Origin: an uncultured delta proteobacterium
GTDB lineage: Bacteria > Desulfobacterota > Desulfobacteria > Desulfobacterales > JAFDCJ01
DNA length: 64,000 bases
NCBI GenBank assembly: GCA_963769935.1
Contig: CAVYNY010000020.1
Span: 32,001 to 96,000, forward strand
Direction of reading: 5' to 3'
This document shows positions 49,914 through 59,679 of this stretch, piece by piece. Below the pieces are notes generated by a model that did no database searches, had not been told where the DNA came from, and saw nothing but the letters and a program-made list of their open reading frames with translations. Numbering within the stretch: the stretch's first letter is position 1; every line of letters starts with the position of its first letter. A program made the position numbers and the translations under genes.

Positions 49914-51569
49914 TTAATTAGGGAATCCCAGCGAATTAATAAATGTTTCCTGAAAAGCAGGATGACTTGAAAGATCCAGCACCCGGGTGATCCGGGTCAG
50001 CTCAGCGGCCCGGGTTGATGCGTTTTCGTCAAAAAGCGCCAGGATTGCGCCTGCTCCGGCCGCATTGCCCACCACTTCAATCCTAGTTGCGGAAATTTCA
50101 GGAAACATCCCGATTTTTATGGCATCTTCTTTATTAATATAGCTGCCGAATGCGCCGGCTACCAGTATTTTTGCCGGGTCCGTCGTACCCGCTTCCCGGC
50201 ACAGCAAATCAATTCCGGTTCTCAGCGCACCTTTTGCCAGCTGGATAGCGCGTACGTCTTTTTGAGTGAATGTAATCGGACGCCCCTCTTGGGTGTCTTC
50301 AGGCGGCACCAGAACATATTCCGGAGAATCGTTGTCATTCAGCCGCAGGTTGGGTGTGTCGGCCTTGCGGTCGAAGGCACCGTCCTTTAAAATGAATCCG
50401 GCCCGATAAAGTTCGGCAACCGTACTGATCACACCGGTACCGCACAGGCCGGAGGCTTTTTTAGGTTTTGCCGGATTGTATTGAATTATCGAACAATCCG
50501 CTTTCCCGCTGGAGCGGTCGATTTTGACGGCGTCGATCGCACCCGACACGGCCTGCATGCCATGGCTGATGCAAGCGCCTTCGAAGGCCGGTCCTGTAGC
50601 ACATGACGTCGCCGACAAACCGTTGCGGCCCAGAAACATAATTTCGCCGTTGGTACCGACATCCACCAGCATGGTGCCCGGCTCGCAATGGGATAACTCA
50701 ACGGCCAAAGCGGCGCTCACAATATCCGCACCGATAAAACCGGTGATCAACGGCAGGGTTCGGATTTGGCAATCCGGATTGAAGCGAAGGCCGACCGATC
50801 CGGCAGGCAGGGTTTTGGCTTCCAAAAATACCGGCGTGTATGGAAACACCCCGATTGATGACGGATTTTCACCGCTAAAAATATGAATCATGGTGGAATT
50901 GCCGACGACCACCATCGTGCTGATTTTCACCGGATCGATTCTGGTTGACCGGCAAAGGTTTTTGATTCCCCATTCGATTGCGCTGACCGCCATTTTTTGT
51001 TGACGCGCCAGCAGACCCGGATCCAGACGAATCGCACTGATGCGGCTCATGACATCGTCGCCGAACAGGGTCTGGGGATTGCGGGTCGAAGTGGACGCCG
51101 TCACCTGGGCGGTGCCCAAGTCGCAAAGATAGACCGCAATCGTAGTGGTTCCCAGGTCGACCGCCAGGCCGTAGGCGCCGGGGATAGCGGTCCGCCGTGA
51201 TTTAAGTTCGGCCAATTTATCAAATAGCGTCGGAAGCCCTTTTTGGGCCACTTCAGGGCTGAGTCGGCTGGTTGTGAGTATTTTCAGGCTGATATCACCT
51301 GAAACTCTGATCCTGCAGGCCAGGCGCATGCCGGCCGACAATTCAGATCGCCCGAGGATTTTTTTTTCCGATTCGTCCGGCGCCGGGTCACTGTCTGTTG
51401 GAGATGAGAGAATTTTAATTCGGCACTTACCGCAGCTGCCCTTTCCGCCGCAGTCCGTCCGCAGAAAAATTCCCGCAGCGATCAGAGCCTCTAATACGGT
51501 TTGACCTGCTTCAGCTGGGATTTCAAGATTTTCAGATGCCAGTTTAATCGTATATTTGCCGGGTTGCAT
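49914..51569 (-). CDS. ASKHA ATPase with N-terminal 2Fe-2S (RACo/RamA-like corrinoid activator)
   Basis: CGGKGSCGKC, RLAC, DLGTTT, DVGTNGE, ATGPAFEG, AGAFG. Confidence 0.9.
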   Translation of the reverse strand: MQPGKYTIKLASENLEIPAEAGQTVLEALIAAGIFLRTDCGGKGSCGKCRIKILSSPTDSDPAPDESEKKILGRSELSAGMRLACRIRVSGDISLKILTTSRLSPEVAQKGLPTLFDKLAELKSRRTAIPGAYGLAVDLGTTTIAVYLCDLGTAQVTASTSTRNPQTLFGDDVMSRISAIRLDPGLLARQQKMAVSAIEWGIKNLCRSTRIDPVKISTMVVVGNSTMIHIFSGENPSSIGVFPYTPVFLEAKTLPAGSVGLRFNPDCQIRTLPLITGFIGADIVSAALAVELSHCEPGTMLVDVGTNGEIMFLGRNGLSATSCATGPAFEGACISHGMQAVSGAIDAVKIDRSSGKADCSIIQYNPAKPKKASGLCGTGVISTVAELYRAGFILKDGAFDRKADTPNLRLNDNDSPEYVLVPPEDTQEGRPITFTQKDVRAIQLAKGALRTGIDLLCREAGTTDPAKILVAGAFGSYINKEDAIKIGMFPEISATRIEVVGNAAGAGAILALFDENASTRAAELTRITRVLDLSSHPAFQETFINSLGFPN

Positions 51570-51728
51570 AGTAAAATACCATCATTTCAAAAAATTAAAT
51601 CTATCTATCGCACATGTAAGAAACCAAGTCAAAAAATAAAGCCTTAATTTCAATCCTGTTGCATCCTTAATTCATTTAGACAAGTAGTTGGCTGATGTAA
51701 TGAATTTTACCGGCTTAGTGAAATCATT

Positions 51729-51967
51729 AAAATACCAAGCACCAAATTTGTAAATCCCAAAACACAAAACACAAATATCAAACAAATCCCAATGACCCAA
51801 ATTCAAAATTCCAAACAAATGATCCGCCTCCAGTTATGCTCAATGCCATCATCACAGGTAGACCTGGGTTTGTGAAGCGAATCGATACCACGGTGGTAAC
51901 TGTTTTGGTCATTGAATATTGAAATTTGTTATTTATTTGTAATTTGGTGCTTGAGATTTGTGATTTT
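51729..51967. repeat. Family B element, copy 2
   Basis: Arms match 7490-7706; core colinear but diverged. Confidence 0.85.
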
Positions 51968-52096
51968 ACCATTCGTTAGGTTCCTCTGATTCAAGTTGTA
52001 TAGGAGTTACTTTCGCACTACCGTGTATCCTGTTGATATTATCTTGATATTTGAATGTGAAAAAGTGTAAATCCTTCTTAATCTTTACCAGAGGGG

Positions 52097-52447
52097 GTGT
52101 TGCGGGCGGCAGCCAAACGAAGTTTGCACTGGGCTTGGGTAATTCCGGCAATCTGCTTTGTCGATCTTTTTATCAATTATTCGGTTCGTCTGGGTTACGG
52201 CGTGGTTTTGCCGGAAATGATTCGCAACCTCGGGTTCGGCCGGGCCGCCGGCGATTACTTCCCCCGGGCAGTCATGGGAACCGTCATCGGCGCCTGGACG
52301 CCTTTTTACGGGCTCGGCGCTATTTTAACTCATTGGGTAACGGGTATCCTGCGGGATGCCACCGGGGTTTATGATCATGCTTTTGTGCTTAATATTCTGA
52401 TGGGCGCAGTGGCCGTCGTGTTGATGGCCCTGGTGCGTAAAAGATAG
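52097..52447 (+). pseudogene. MFS transporter remnant (first TM fused in frame to last two TMs)
   Basis: HWAWV...RLGYGVVLPEMIRNLG joined to AGDYFP...GILRDATGVYDHAF; 116 aa. Confidence 0.75.
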
Positions 52448-52550
52448 TGAATAGTGAAGATTGAAAATTGAACATTTGAGGTATACTGTCAATATTATAT
52501 AAATCGAAATGCATTGATTTTAGGCATTTCCATCATCGGGACATCGATAA

Positions 52551-53628
52551 ATGGGCAGATTCTTAATGGTAGACATCGGCGCGGGTACCATGGATGTTTT
52601 GTGGTATGACTCGGAGACGAAACTGCATTACAAAGCGGCGGTTAAATCACCGGTGAGATATATCGCTGAGCAGGCAGCCGAATTGACCGGAAGGCTGCTG
52701 GTTACCGGCACTGAAATGGGCGGCGGGCCTGTGACCGGCATACTGCAGCGAGCGGGCCCGGCAGGCAGGGGTTGTGATGTCGGCCTCGGCTGCCGCTACG
52801 CTGCACCACAATCCGGAAAGGGTACGGTCCTGGGGTATCGATATCGTTGATGATGCAAGCGCCGAGGATTTGCAGCAGGATCCAAATTATTCGCACCTGG
52901 TACTTGGTGATATTGACGCCGGGCGACTGCGCAATATCGTGGAAGGTTTTGGGGTGCCGTTTGCATTTGATGCCGTCGTCATCTGCGCCCAGGACCATGG
53001 CGTGCCGCCCGCGGGGGTTTCGCATCTGGATTATCGCCACAACATGTTCCTGGAACGGCTGGAAAAAACCCCCTTTCCTCACGTGATGCTCTATCAATGG
53101 AACGAAGTTCCGGTCGAGATGAATCGTCTGTCTTCCATCGCCCGGACCGCCCGCAGCATTCCTGCTGAAGAAATCTATGTCATGGACAGCGGCATGGCCG
53201 CCATTCTCGGCGGATCAATGGATATTCTTGCGCGCGGAATGGAGCGCATCGTCATTCTGGATGTGGCCACTTCCCATACCGTCGGTGCTGCCATGCTGGG
53301 TGAGGAAATCGCCGGTTTTTTCGAATATCATACCGCCGACATCACCCTTGAACGCCTTGAGGAATTGCTGGTTGAATTGGGCAATGGCAAAATAGAGCAC
53401 CGCCGTATCCTGGCCGAAGGCGGTCACGGGGCCTATTTGCGCAAAACCATTGGATTTGAGGACATTGACATTATCATTGCAACCGGGCCCAAGCGAAGCC
53501 TGCTGGCCCAATCGAAATTTCAGATCGCCTTCGGGGCGCCCCTGGGAGACAATATGATGACGGGAACCGTGGGACTGCTGGAAGCCTTACGCCGGCGCAA
53601 AGGGTTGGCGCCGATCAGTTACCTATGA
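52551..53628 (+). CDS. DUF1786-like (ASKHA-type) protein, apparent +1 indel near 52748
   Basis: VDIGAGTMD, GTEMGGGP, QDHG, FEYHT, GGHGA, GDNMMTG. Confidence 0.7.
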
Positions 53629-53785
53629 CCTAAGCTAATGGTTCCATCTTAATCCAACGGGCGCTTGGTATTATTAAATTGATACTGCTATTTTTTAGAA
53701 CGGCCTAATTAGAATCAAAGACCAATAATGATCCACGAAACTCAGCGCAAGACGAGGATTCGGGTCAGGGAAAGGAGGATGAACC

Positions 53786-53980
53786 ATGATTAAAGTTAAA
53801 ACCTTTGCCAGTCCGTTAAAAATCTTTCAGGCCAGAAAAGAACTCGAGGAACTTGATGCTATGGTCAACAAGTTCATCGAAGAAAATAAAGTTCAAAAGG
53901 TCATTTCAGTCAGCGATGCCTGTACAACCGATGATACCGGCGCTACCATCGGCATGATCCGGGTGATCGCGTATGAGTAG
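53786..53980 (+). CDS. Small hypothetical protein, 64 aa
   Basis: AGGAGG RBS; IKVKTF...LDAMVNKFI...VISVS pattern. Confidence 0.75.
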   Translation: MIKVKTFASPLKIFQARKELEELDAMVNKFIEENKVQKVISVSDACTTDDTGATIGMIRVIAYE

Positions 53981-54280
53981 GAACCAGGTGTCAGCGCCGC
54001 CGCCGGCCAAAACAACGGCCGGTCTGATCATAAAAGAAACTTTTGGAAATCGGACACAGTTGGATTTAATATCACGCCCACTTCGTTAGAGCTCACAGAG
54101 ACCGCAGAGAACATTTTTCTTTCGCCGCAGGCGCCTGTAAACCCAGACCTCTGTGATCTCCGAGCGCTCTGTGTGAGATGAAGTTTCATATGAGCGCCGC
54201 CTCCGGCCGCAAGCCTGAATAGCGGATAGTTCGATCAAGGATGAAGCTTTTTTGGTACGTGGACGAATTTTAAAGATGTT

Positions 54281-54353
54281 GTGGGAGCGGTTTCCATCCG
54301 CGATTAATTTGGTCGGGCCAACACGTGTAATCGTGGTTAAAACCCACTCCCAC
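54281..54353. repeat. GTGG-type REP doublet (REPIN-like)
   Basis: GTGGGAGCGGtttccatCCGCGAT, spacer, inverted ATCGTGGttaaaacCCACTCCCAC. Confidence 0.7.
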
Positions 54354-54511
54354 CAGGAATTAACTTCAACCCTCAAAATAGCCATAGATTGCGTCGAATT
54401 TCATACGCCCACCGCTTCTGGCTGGCAGCGTTCCGTCTGATCTTAGATAAAACTTAATATAGCCTCACACGAGGTGTCAGAGCCACTATTGGACGCTAAA
54501 GTGTCCATCCC

Positions 54512-54580
54512 ACCAGCCGCCGGCATCCAGAATCCAGCACCCAGTATCCAATATCAAGTATCCAGTATCCAGCGACCGGA
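54512..54580. repeat. 7-bp tandem array (ATCCAGY)
   Basis: atccaga atccagc acccagt atccaat atcaagt atccagt atccagc; short copies near 7722 and 48210. Confidence 0.8.
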
Positions 54581-54583
54581 AAC

Positions 54584-55165
54584 CTATTGAACTCCCAGCT
54601 GTTTTTGAAAATCTTTGCGCAAATTTTCACGCCAGAGCTTATATTCGGACTGGATGGCTTCATGGAACGGGCCCGAATCGGTGTCTGTGGCTTCTCCGGC
54701 CACCATAACGGTAAAGCCGGCGTGCAGATTCCTGGCATGAATGTTTTTAAGCGGCCTTAAATCGATCTGCATACCGTCTTTGAGCCGGTAATTTTTCCTT
54801 TGAAAGTATTCGTCTGCACCGATTGCATGCGGGTCCATCAAGAAGATGTCCCGGCTGCTCCAGCATATGTAGCCGGTTTTGTATACCCCCAGGACATATT
54901 TTTTATCCGGATATTCGGGGATTTGAAAAAAGCCCTTATCATCGGATAACTCCTGGACGGCATCCAGGGTTTCCGGCCCGGCAGACAGCGGCGCGGAATT
55001 TTCGGTATACCACCTGATAGCCACAGCGGCGCCATTTATGGGCTGCCGGGTTTCAGCATCCACAACACGGCCTCTGACCACACACTTTGGACTGCAGGAA
55101 ATGAGAAAAATGAATACAACCAGACAGGTGAGGATGAACACACCTTTGGCAGGATAGTTCCTCAT
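54584..55165 (-). CDS. Lipoprotein with carboxypeptidase regulatory-like beta-sandwich
   Basis: LISC lipobox; VRGRVVDAETRQPI.GA, SDDKGFF, YKTGY. Confidence 0.75.
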   Translation of the reverse strand: MRNYPAKGVFILTCLVVFIFLISCSPKCVVRGRVVDAETRQPINGAAVAIRWYTENSAPLSAGPETLDAVQELSDDKGFFQIPEYPDKKYVLGVYKTGYICWSSRDIFLMDPHAIGADEYFQRKNYRLKDGMQIDLRPLKNIHARNLHAGFTVMVAGEATDTDSGPFHEAIQSEYKLWRENLRKDFQKQLGVQ

Positions 55166-55178
55166 TTGCACCCCCTTA

Positions 55179-55334
55179 GGGTTCACGAAAAAATTAGTTC
55201 ACAGTTTTAGGCGTTGCGGCGCCCGTCCGGCAAGGCGCGAAAACGCAGGAATATCTGGATATTCCGAGCTTTCGCAACGCAGTCGGGCGGGATGCATCGG
55301 CGTATAAAATGTGAAGCTATTTTTGAGTGAGCCC
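55179..55334. mobile_element. 156-bp palindromic MITE-like element, copy 2, flanked by TTA
   Basis: Four substitutions versus 4461-4616; TTA at 55176-55178 and 55335-55337. Confidence 0.85.
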
Positions 55335-55804
55335 TTAGCTTACCCGTTACATTTTAGATGGATCCGGCTGAACTTGTGCCCCAATTCAGCCGCCGTAGCT
55401 CTCAGATTTCATGACCGAGCCCGGCGTTCTAATTGCAACGAATTCCATAAGCGAAAAATGCCCCAAAGCAGCACCGACTTCAGTGCTGCCCATCGCCGGA
55501 AATTTCCTCCAAACCTCCGGGCGAATGCGGGACGGTATCACCGTGCGTATTTATCGAACAGTGATTTCCTCCGAAATCAAGAACTTCTCCCGAAAAAATT
55601 GGCAACTTGATGACATCAATTGTGGACGCGGCAAAAAATTCACGCCAAAAACGGATGCCTGTTCGGGAAAGTTCCTGATAGCTATTATCGGGATCTTTAA
55701 AATAAAGTTTAGCATTAATTTTTTGCTTGACAGCTCCGGTTTCATATTATATCGGACCAATATCATCTTATTTATCTTATTTTTTAAATTAACCAGGAGG
55801 GCTC

Positions 55805-56260
55805 ATGCGACTCATCCGGGCGGGAGAATACGCGGTTCGTTGTATGCTGTATCTTGCATCGCAGGGTGTGGGGGTTGTGTGCAGCCGTAAACAAATTGCG
55901 GCCGAAATGGACATCCCCGATCAGTTTCTGAGCAAAATTGCCCAGCAGCTGGCACGCTCCGGTTTTCTCGAAATTATTCAAGGTGCCAAAGGGGGGTTGA
56001 AGCTGGTGGTTCCCCCCGAGTTTTTATCGCTGTTGGATGTGGTTGAGGCCGTAATCGGTGAAATTTTTTTAAACGACTGCGTGATGCGGCCCGAATCCTG
56101 CCGGCGCAGCCGGGCCTGTTCAGTGCATCAAATTTGGGAAAAAGCCCGCAATCAACTGAGGGATACCTTGCGTCAGGCCACCTTCGCCAGTCTGCTGGAA
56201 AATGACAGTTGTCTTATTCCTTTTGACCAGGCGGGTGAAAAAAGCGAACAGGCGTGTTAA
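55805..56260 (+). CDS. Rrf2-family regulator with three Cys (Fe-S type)
   Basis: EYAVR, FL.KI.QQL, GAKGG, CxxxxxxCxxxxxC. Confidence 0.92.
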   Translation: MRLIRAGEYAVRCMLYLASQGVGVVCSRKQIAAEMDIPDQFLSKIAQQLARSGFLEIIQGAKGGLKLVVPPEFLSLLDVVEAVIGEIFLNDCVMRPESCRRSRACSVHQIWEKARNQLRDTLRQATFASLLENDSCLIPFDQAGEKSEQAC

Positions 56261-56372
56261 AGGTTAAAGGGGTTCAAAGCTCTTCTTTCAATGTCGAAGA
56301 AAATATGCGAGAACCGATTCAATCAACCTGTCAATTATTCACCGCTTATCCATACAGCAAGGAGGGTAATTA

Positions 56373-57680
56373 ATGGATGTTTTATTGCTTTCAAGGCTGC
56401 AGTTTACCGCCACCACGCTTTTCCACTTTTTGTTTGTCCCCTTAACTTTGGGGCTTTCCATCCTGGTGGCCATCATGGAAACCCAGTATGTCAGAACCGG
56501 GGATGAAACCTATCTGAAAATGACTAAATTCTGGGGCAAACTGTTTTTAATTAATTTTGCCGTCGGCGTTGTTACCGGCATCACGCTCGAATTTCAGTTT
56601 GGCACCAACTGGTCCCGCTATTCGGCCTACGTGGGTGATGTCTTCGGTTCGCTGCTGGCCATTGAAGCCACGGCCGCATTCTTTCTGGAATCGACCCTGA
56701 TCGGTGTCTGGGTGTTCGGATGGAATAAACTCTCTGCCAAAGCGCATGCTGCCGTAATGTGGTTTGTTGCCGGCGCCAGTAACTTATCAGCCCTTTGGAT
56801 TTTGACTGCCAACGGTTGGATGCAGCAACCGGTCGGCTACGCTTTCAAAAATGGGCGGGCCGAATTGCAGGATTTTGCCGCGGTGATCTTCAACACATTC
56901 AGCATCCTGCAGATTCTGCATGTAATTCCAGCCGCCCTGCTGGCAAGCGCCTTTTTTGTCATGGGAATCAGCGCCTATCATCTTCTCAAAAAACGGAATG
57001 TCGAGTTTTTCACCAAATCGTTTCGTCTCGCTCTGGTGTTCGGATTCATTTTTTCTTTCGTTGTGGTCCTCGAGGGTGATTTTCACGCCCGCCATGTCGC
57101 CGAATCGCAGCCCGCCAAACTGGCGGCCATGGAATCCCTGTGGGAAACAACCGAAAGTGCTCCCATTTACCTGCTCGCCCTGCCCGACGAGAAAAATGAA
57201 AAAAATGACATTCAGCTGGGTGCCATACCCGGACTTCTCAGTTTTCTGGGGTACCATGATTTTAATGCCGAAGTCAAAGGCTTAAAGGATTTCCCCAAAG
57301 ATGAAAGACCGCCCGTGCTGCCCACATTTGTCTCCTTCAGGATCATGATAGCTCTGGGAATGTATTTTCCGGTGGTGGCTTTAATCGGCGTTTATTTCCG
57401 CAATCGTCTCATGGAAAATTCCTGGTTCCTGAAACTGATGCTGTTTTCGATTCCGCTGCCTTTTATTGCCATCGAGATGGGTTGGCTGGTGGCCGAATTG
57501 GGAAGGCAGCCGTGGATTGTTTACGGGTTGATGAAAACTGCGGCCGGGGTCTCGTCAATAGCTGTATCCCAGGTAGCCGTTTCACTGGCAGCATTCATCG
57601 GGGTATATGGACTGCTCGGTGCTCTCGGGTATTTCCTGATATTCAAATATGCGATGAAAGGACCCGAAGCGGTTGCCTAG
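56373..57680 (+). CDS. cydA: Cytochrome bd oxidase subunit I
   Basis: SRLQF...FHFLF, EFQFGTNW, QPAKLAAME, ELGRQPW. Confidence 0.97.
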   Translation: MDVLLLSRLQFTATTLFHFLFVPLTLGLSILVAIMETQYVRTGDETYLKMTKFWGKLFLINFAVGVVTGITLEFQFGTNWSRYSAYVGDVFGSLLAIEATAAFFLESTLIGVWVFGWNKLSAKAHAAVMWFVAGASNLSALWILTANGWMQQPVGYAFKNGRAELQDFAAVIFNTFSILQILHVIPAALLASAFFVMGISAYHLLKKRNVEFFTKSFRLALVFGFIFSFVVVLEGDFHARHVAESQPAKLAAMESLWETTESAPIYLLALPDEKNEKNDIQLGAIPGLLSFLGYHDFNAEVKGLKDFPKDERPPVLPTFVSFRIMIALGMYFPVVALIGVYFRNRLMENSWFLKLMLFSIPLPFIAIEMGWLVAELGRQPWIVYGLMKTAAGVSSIAVSQVAVSLAAFIGVYGLLGALGYFLIFKYAMKGPEAVA

Positions 57681-57742
57681 ACGATTACCCAGGGTAGCCC
57701 ATGGGGCAAAGAAGGCCAAATTGCAAATAAAGGGAGGTAAAA

Positions 57743-58759
57743 ATGGTTTTAGAAACTATATGGTTTTTTCTCTGGGGACTTTTATGGGCCGTTTATTTTA
57801 TGACCGACGGATTTGATCTGGGCATCGGCAGCCTGCTGCCGATTCTTGGGAAAAGTGAAGCAGATAAAAGAGTCCTGGTTAATTCCACGGGACCGCTGTG
57901 GGACGGCAACGAGGTCTGGCTGCTGACCGCCGGCGGGGTAACCTTTGCCGCCTTTCCCAAAGTGTATGCCGTGATGTTTTCATCCCTGTATTCCGCCCTG
58001 ATGCTGATCCTTTTTGCGTTGATTGTGCGTGGGGTGGCGTTTGAATTTCGCAGCAAAGTCGACAGTCCGCAGTGGCGCAAAATCTGGGATGCGTGCATTT
58101 TCGTCGGCAGCATTGCACCCGCCATTTTGTTCGGGGTAGCGTTTGCCAACATTTTCCGGGGAATTCCCATTGATGCCGACGGTGTATACCAGGGCAGCCT
58201 GTTCACACTGCTAAATCCATATGGACTGCTGGGCGGCATTCTGTTTTTGCTCTTGTTCCTGGTGCACGGCGGCCTGTGGCTGTCGATCAAATCAGAAGGC
58301 GACCTTCAGCAGCGGGCGATGGCAACTGTCCATAAACTATGGCCGGTGGAGCTTGGTTTTGCCGTCATTTTTCTGATTGCGAGCCTGTTTGCCACCCGGC
58401 TGTATGACAACTATCTGGCCTATCCGGTATTATTTATTATCATTTTGCTGGCCGTAGCGGGTTTGCTGGGGATTAAGTTTTTCCTGGTAAAGCAAGCATT
58501 GTTTAAAGCCTGGTTTTCATCGGCGCTGACAATCGTTGCCGCAACCTTTTATGGGGTCATCGGATTATATCCCAATATGTTTCCTTCCAATATTGATGCC
58601 GCGTACAGCCTGACGGCCCACAACTCCGCCTCCAGCGGTCTGACGCTGAAGATTATGCTGGTCGTGGTGATCCTGTTTCTCCCGGTCGTGCTGCTGTATC
58701 AGGCCTGGACTTACCATCTCTTCAAAGACAAGGTCAAGCAGGACGACATGGCTTATTGA
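57743..58759 (+). CDS. cydB: Cytochrome bd oxidase subunit II
   Basis: DGFDLG, GPLWDGNEVWL, AFEFR. Confidence 0.97.
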   Translation: MVLETIWFFLWGLLWAVYFMTDGFDLGIGSLLPILGKSEADKRVLVNSTGPLWDGNEVWLLTAGGVTFAAFPKVYAVMFSSLYSALMLILFALIVRGVAFEFRSKVDSPQWRKIWDACIFVGSIAPAILFGVAFANIFRGIPIDADGVYQGSLFTLLNPYGLLGGILFLLLFLVHGGLWLSIKSEGDLQQRAMATVHKLWPVELGFAVIFLIASLFATRLYDNYLAYPVLFIIILLAVAGLLGIKFFLVKQALFKAWFSSALTIVAATFYGVIGLYPNMFPSNIDAAYSLTAHNSASSGLTLKIMLVVVILFLPVVLLYQAWTYHLFKDKVKQDDMAY

Positions 58760-58766
58760 GACTTGA

Positions 58767-58797
58767 CGGCAGGGCCGGGATTTTTCCGGCCCTGCCG
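58767..58797 (+). terminator. Strong hairpin after cydB (no U-tract)
   Basis: CGGCAGGGCCGG/CCGGCCCTGCCG 12-bp stem. Confidence 0.55.
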
Positions 58798-59043
58798 GGG
58801 CCGCCGATTTATCTCCTATCCGCATTTGACCCCTAAAATTCCATTTTTCTCCCCGATCCGTAGGCTCTCCAAGCCGGAGGCCATCATTCCATTTAAAGCT
58901 CGCTGTAAACTTCCGTCTGACCGCGCCTGATTCCGCCTCCCAATGATCTCTTGACCCTAATTTTAATTTTTCGTTGCTATAAATAGAAAACATGCTACAA
59001 GTATGACCTTACCCAGCGAATCGAAATTAAAGGAGAGACTGCC

Positions 59044-59673
59044 GTGGGAATTTTAGAAGATGCTTACAAGGCTGTCCTGGAGGGCAAAGTGGAGGAGGCT
59101 GCGGCCGCTGTGGAGAAAGGTCTGAGCGCCGGCCTGGATACGGATGAGATTTTGAAAAAGGGCCTTTTGGCTGCCATGGATTTGGTGGGGGAAAGGTTTG
59201 GGGAAGGGGAGATCTTCATTCCCCAGGTGCTGTGGTCGGCCAAGGCCATGCAGGCGGGGGTGGCCCTGCTCAAACCGCATTTCACCGAAGCGCAGCAGGA
59301 AAAAAGTGCGCGCATTGTAATCGGGACGGCGAAGGGTGATATCCATGATATTGGAAAGCAGCTGGTCGCCATGATGCTGGAAGGCGCCGGTTTTGAGGTC
59401 ATTGATTTGGGTGTGGACGTAGCTCCGGCTGCCTTTGTTGAAACCGCGGCTGAAAAGGCAGCCGACATCATCGCCATCTCCGCCCTTCTGACCACCACGA
59501 TGACCGGCATGGCGGAGGTGGTGGCCCTGAAAAATGAAAGGGCTTTGTCATCAAGAATTTTAATCGGCGGCGCCCCCTTATCCCTGGAATACTGCCGCGA
59601 AATCGGTGCCGACGGCTACGGCGTGGATGCCCGCGCAGCCGTTGCCAGGGCCCGGGAACTTATCGGGAGCTGA
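59044..59673 (+). CDS. Stand-alone corrinoid (B12-binding) protein
   Basis: Cap domain; GDIHDIGK, SALLTTT, GGAP. Confidence 0.93.
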   Translation: MGILEDAYKAVLEGKVEEAAAAVEKGLSAGLDTDEILKKGLLAAMDLVGERFGEGEIFIPQVLWSAKAMQAGVALLKPHFTEAQQEKSARIVIGTAKGDIHDIGKQLVAMMLEGAGFEVIDLGVDVAPAAFVETAAEKAADIIAISALLTTTMTGMAEVVALKNERALSSRILIGGAPLSLEYCREIGADGYGVDARAAVARARELIGS

Positions 59674-59679
59674 AACGCA

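Noticed and set aside
51778..51972. 64-aa ORF (KSQISSTK) and similar ORFs at 1060, 54496 and 62419
   Set aside because: These are translations of intergenic repeat arrays.
2683..53628. Sec readthrough at other TGA stops (2685, 4038, 44517, 53628)
   Set aside because: The proteins appear complete at the stop, with no Cys-position context or homologous continuation.
55411..55890. 159-aa ORF and the many antisense ORFs inside genes
   Set aside because: No recognisable motifs or RBS; they are shadows of real genes or of intergenic DNA.
58800..59040. Cobalamin or SAM riboswitch before the corrinoid operon
   Set aside because: No B12-box or SAM-I core motifs are visible.
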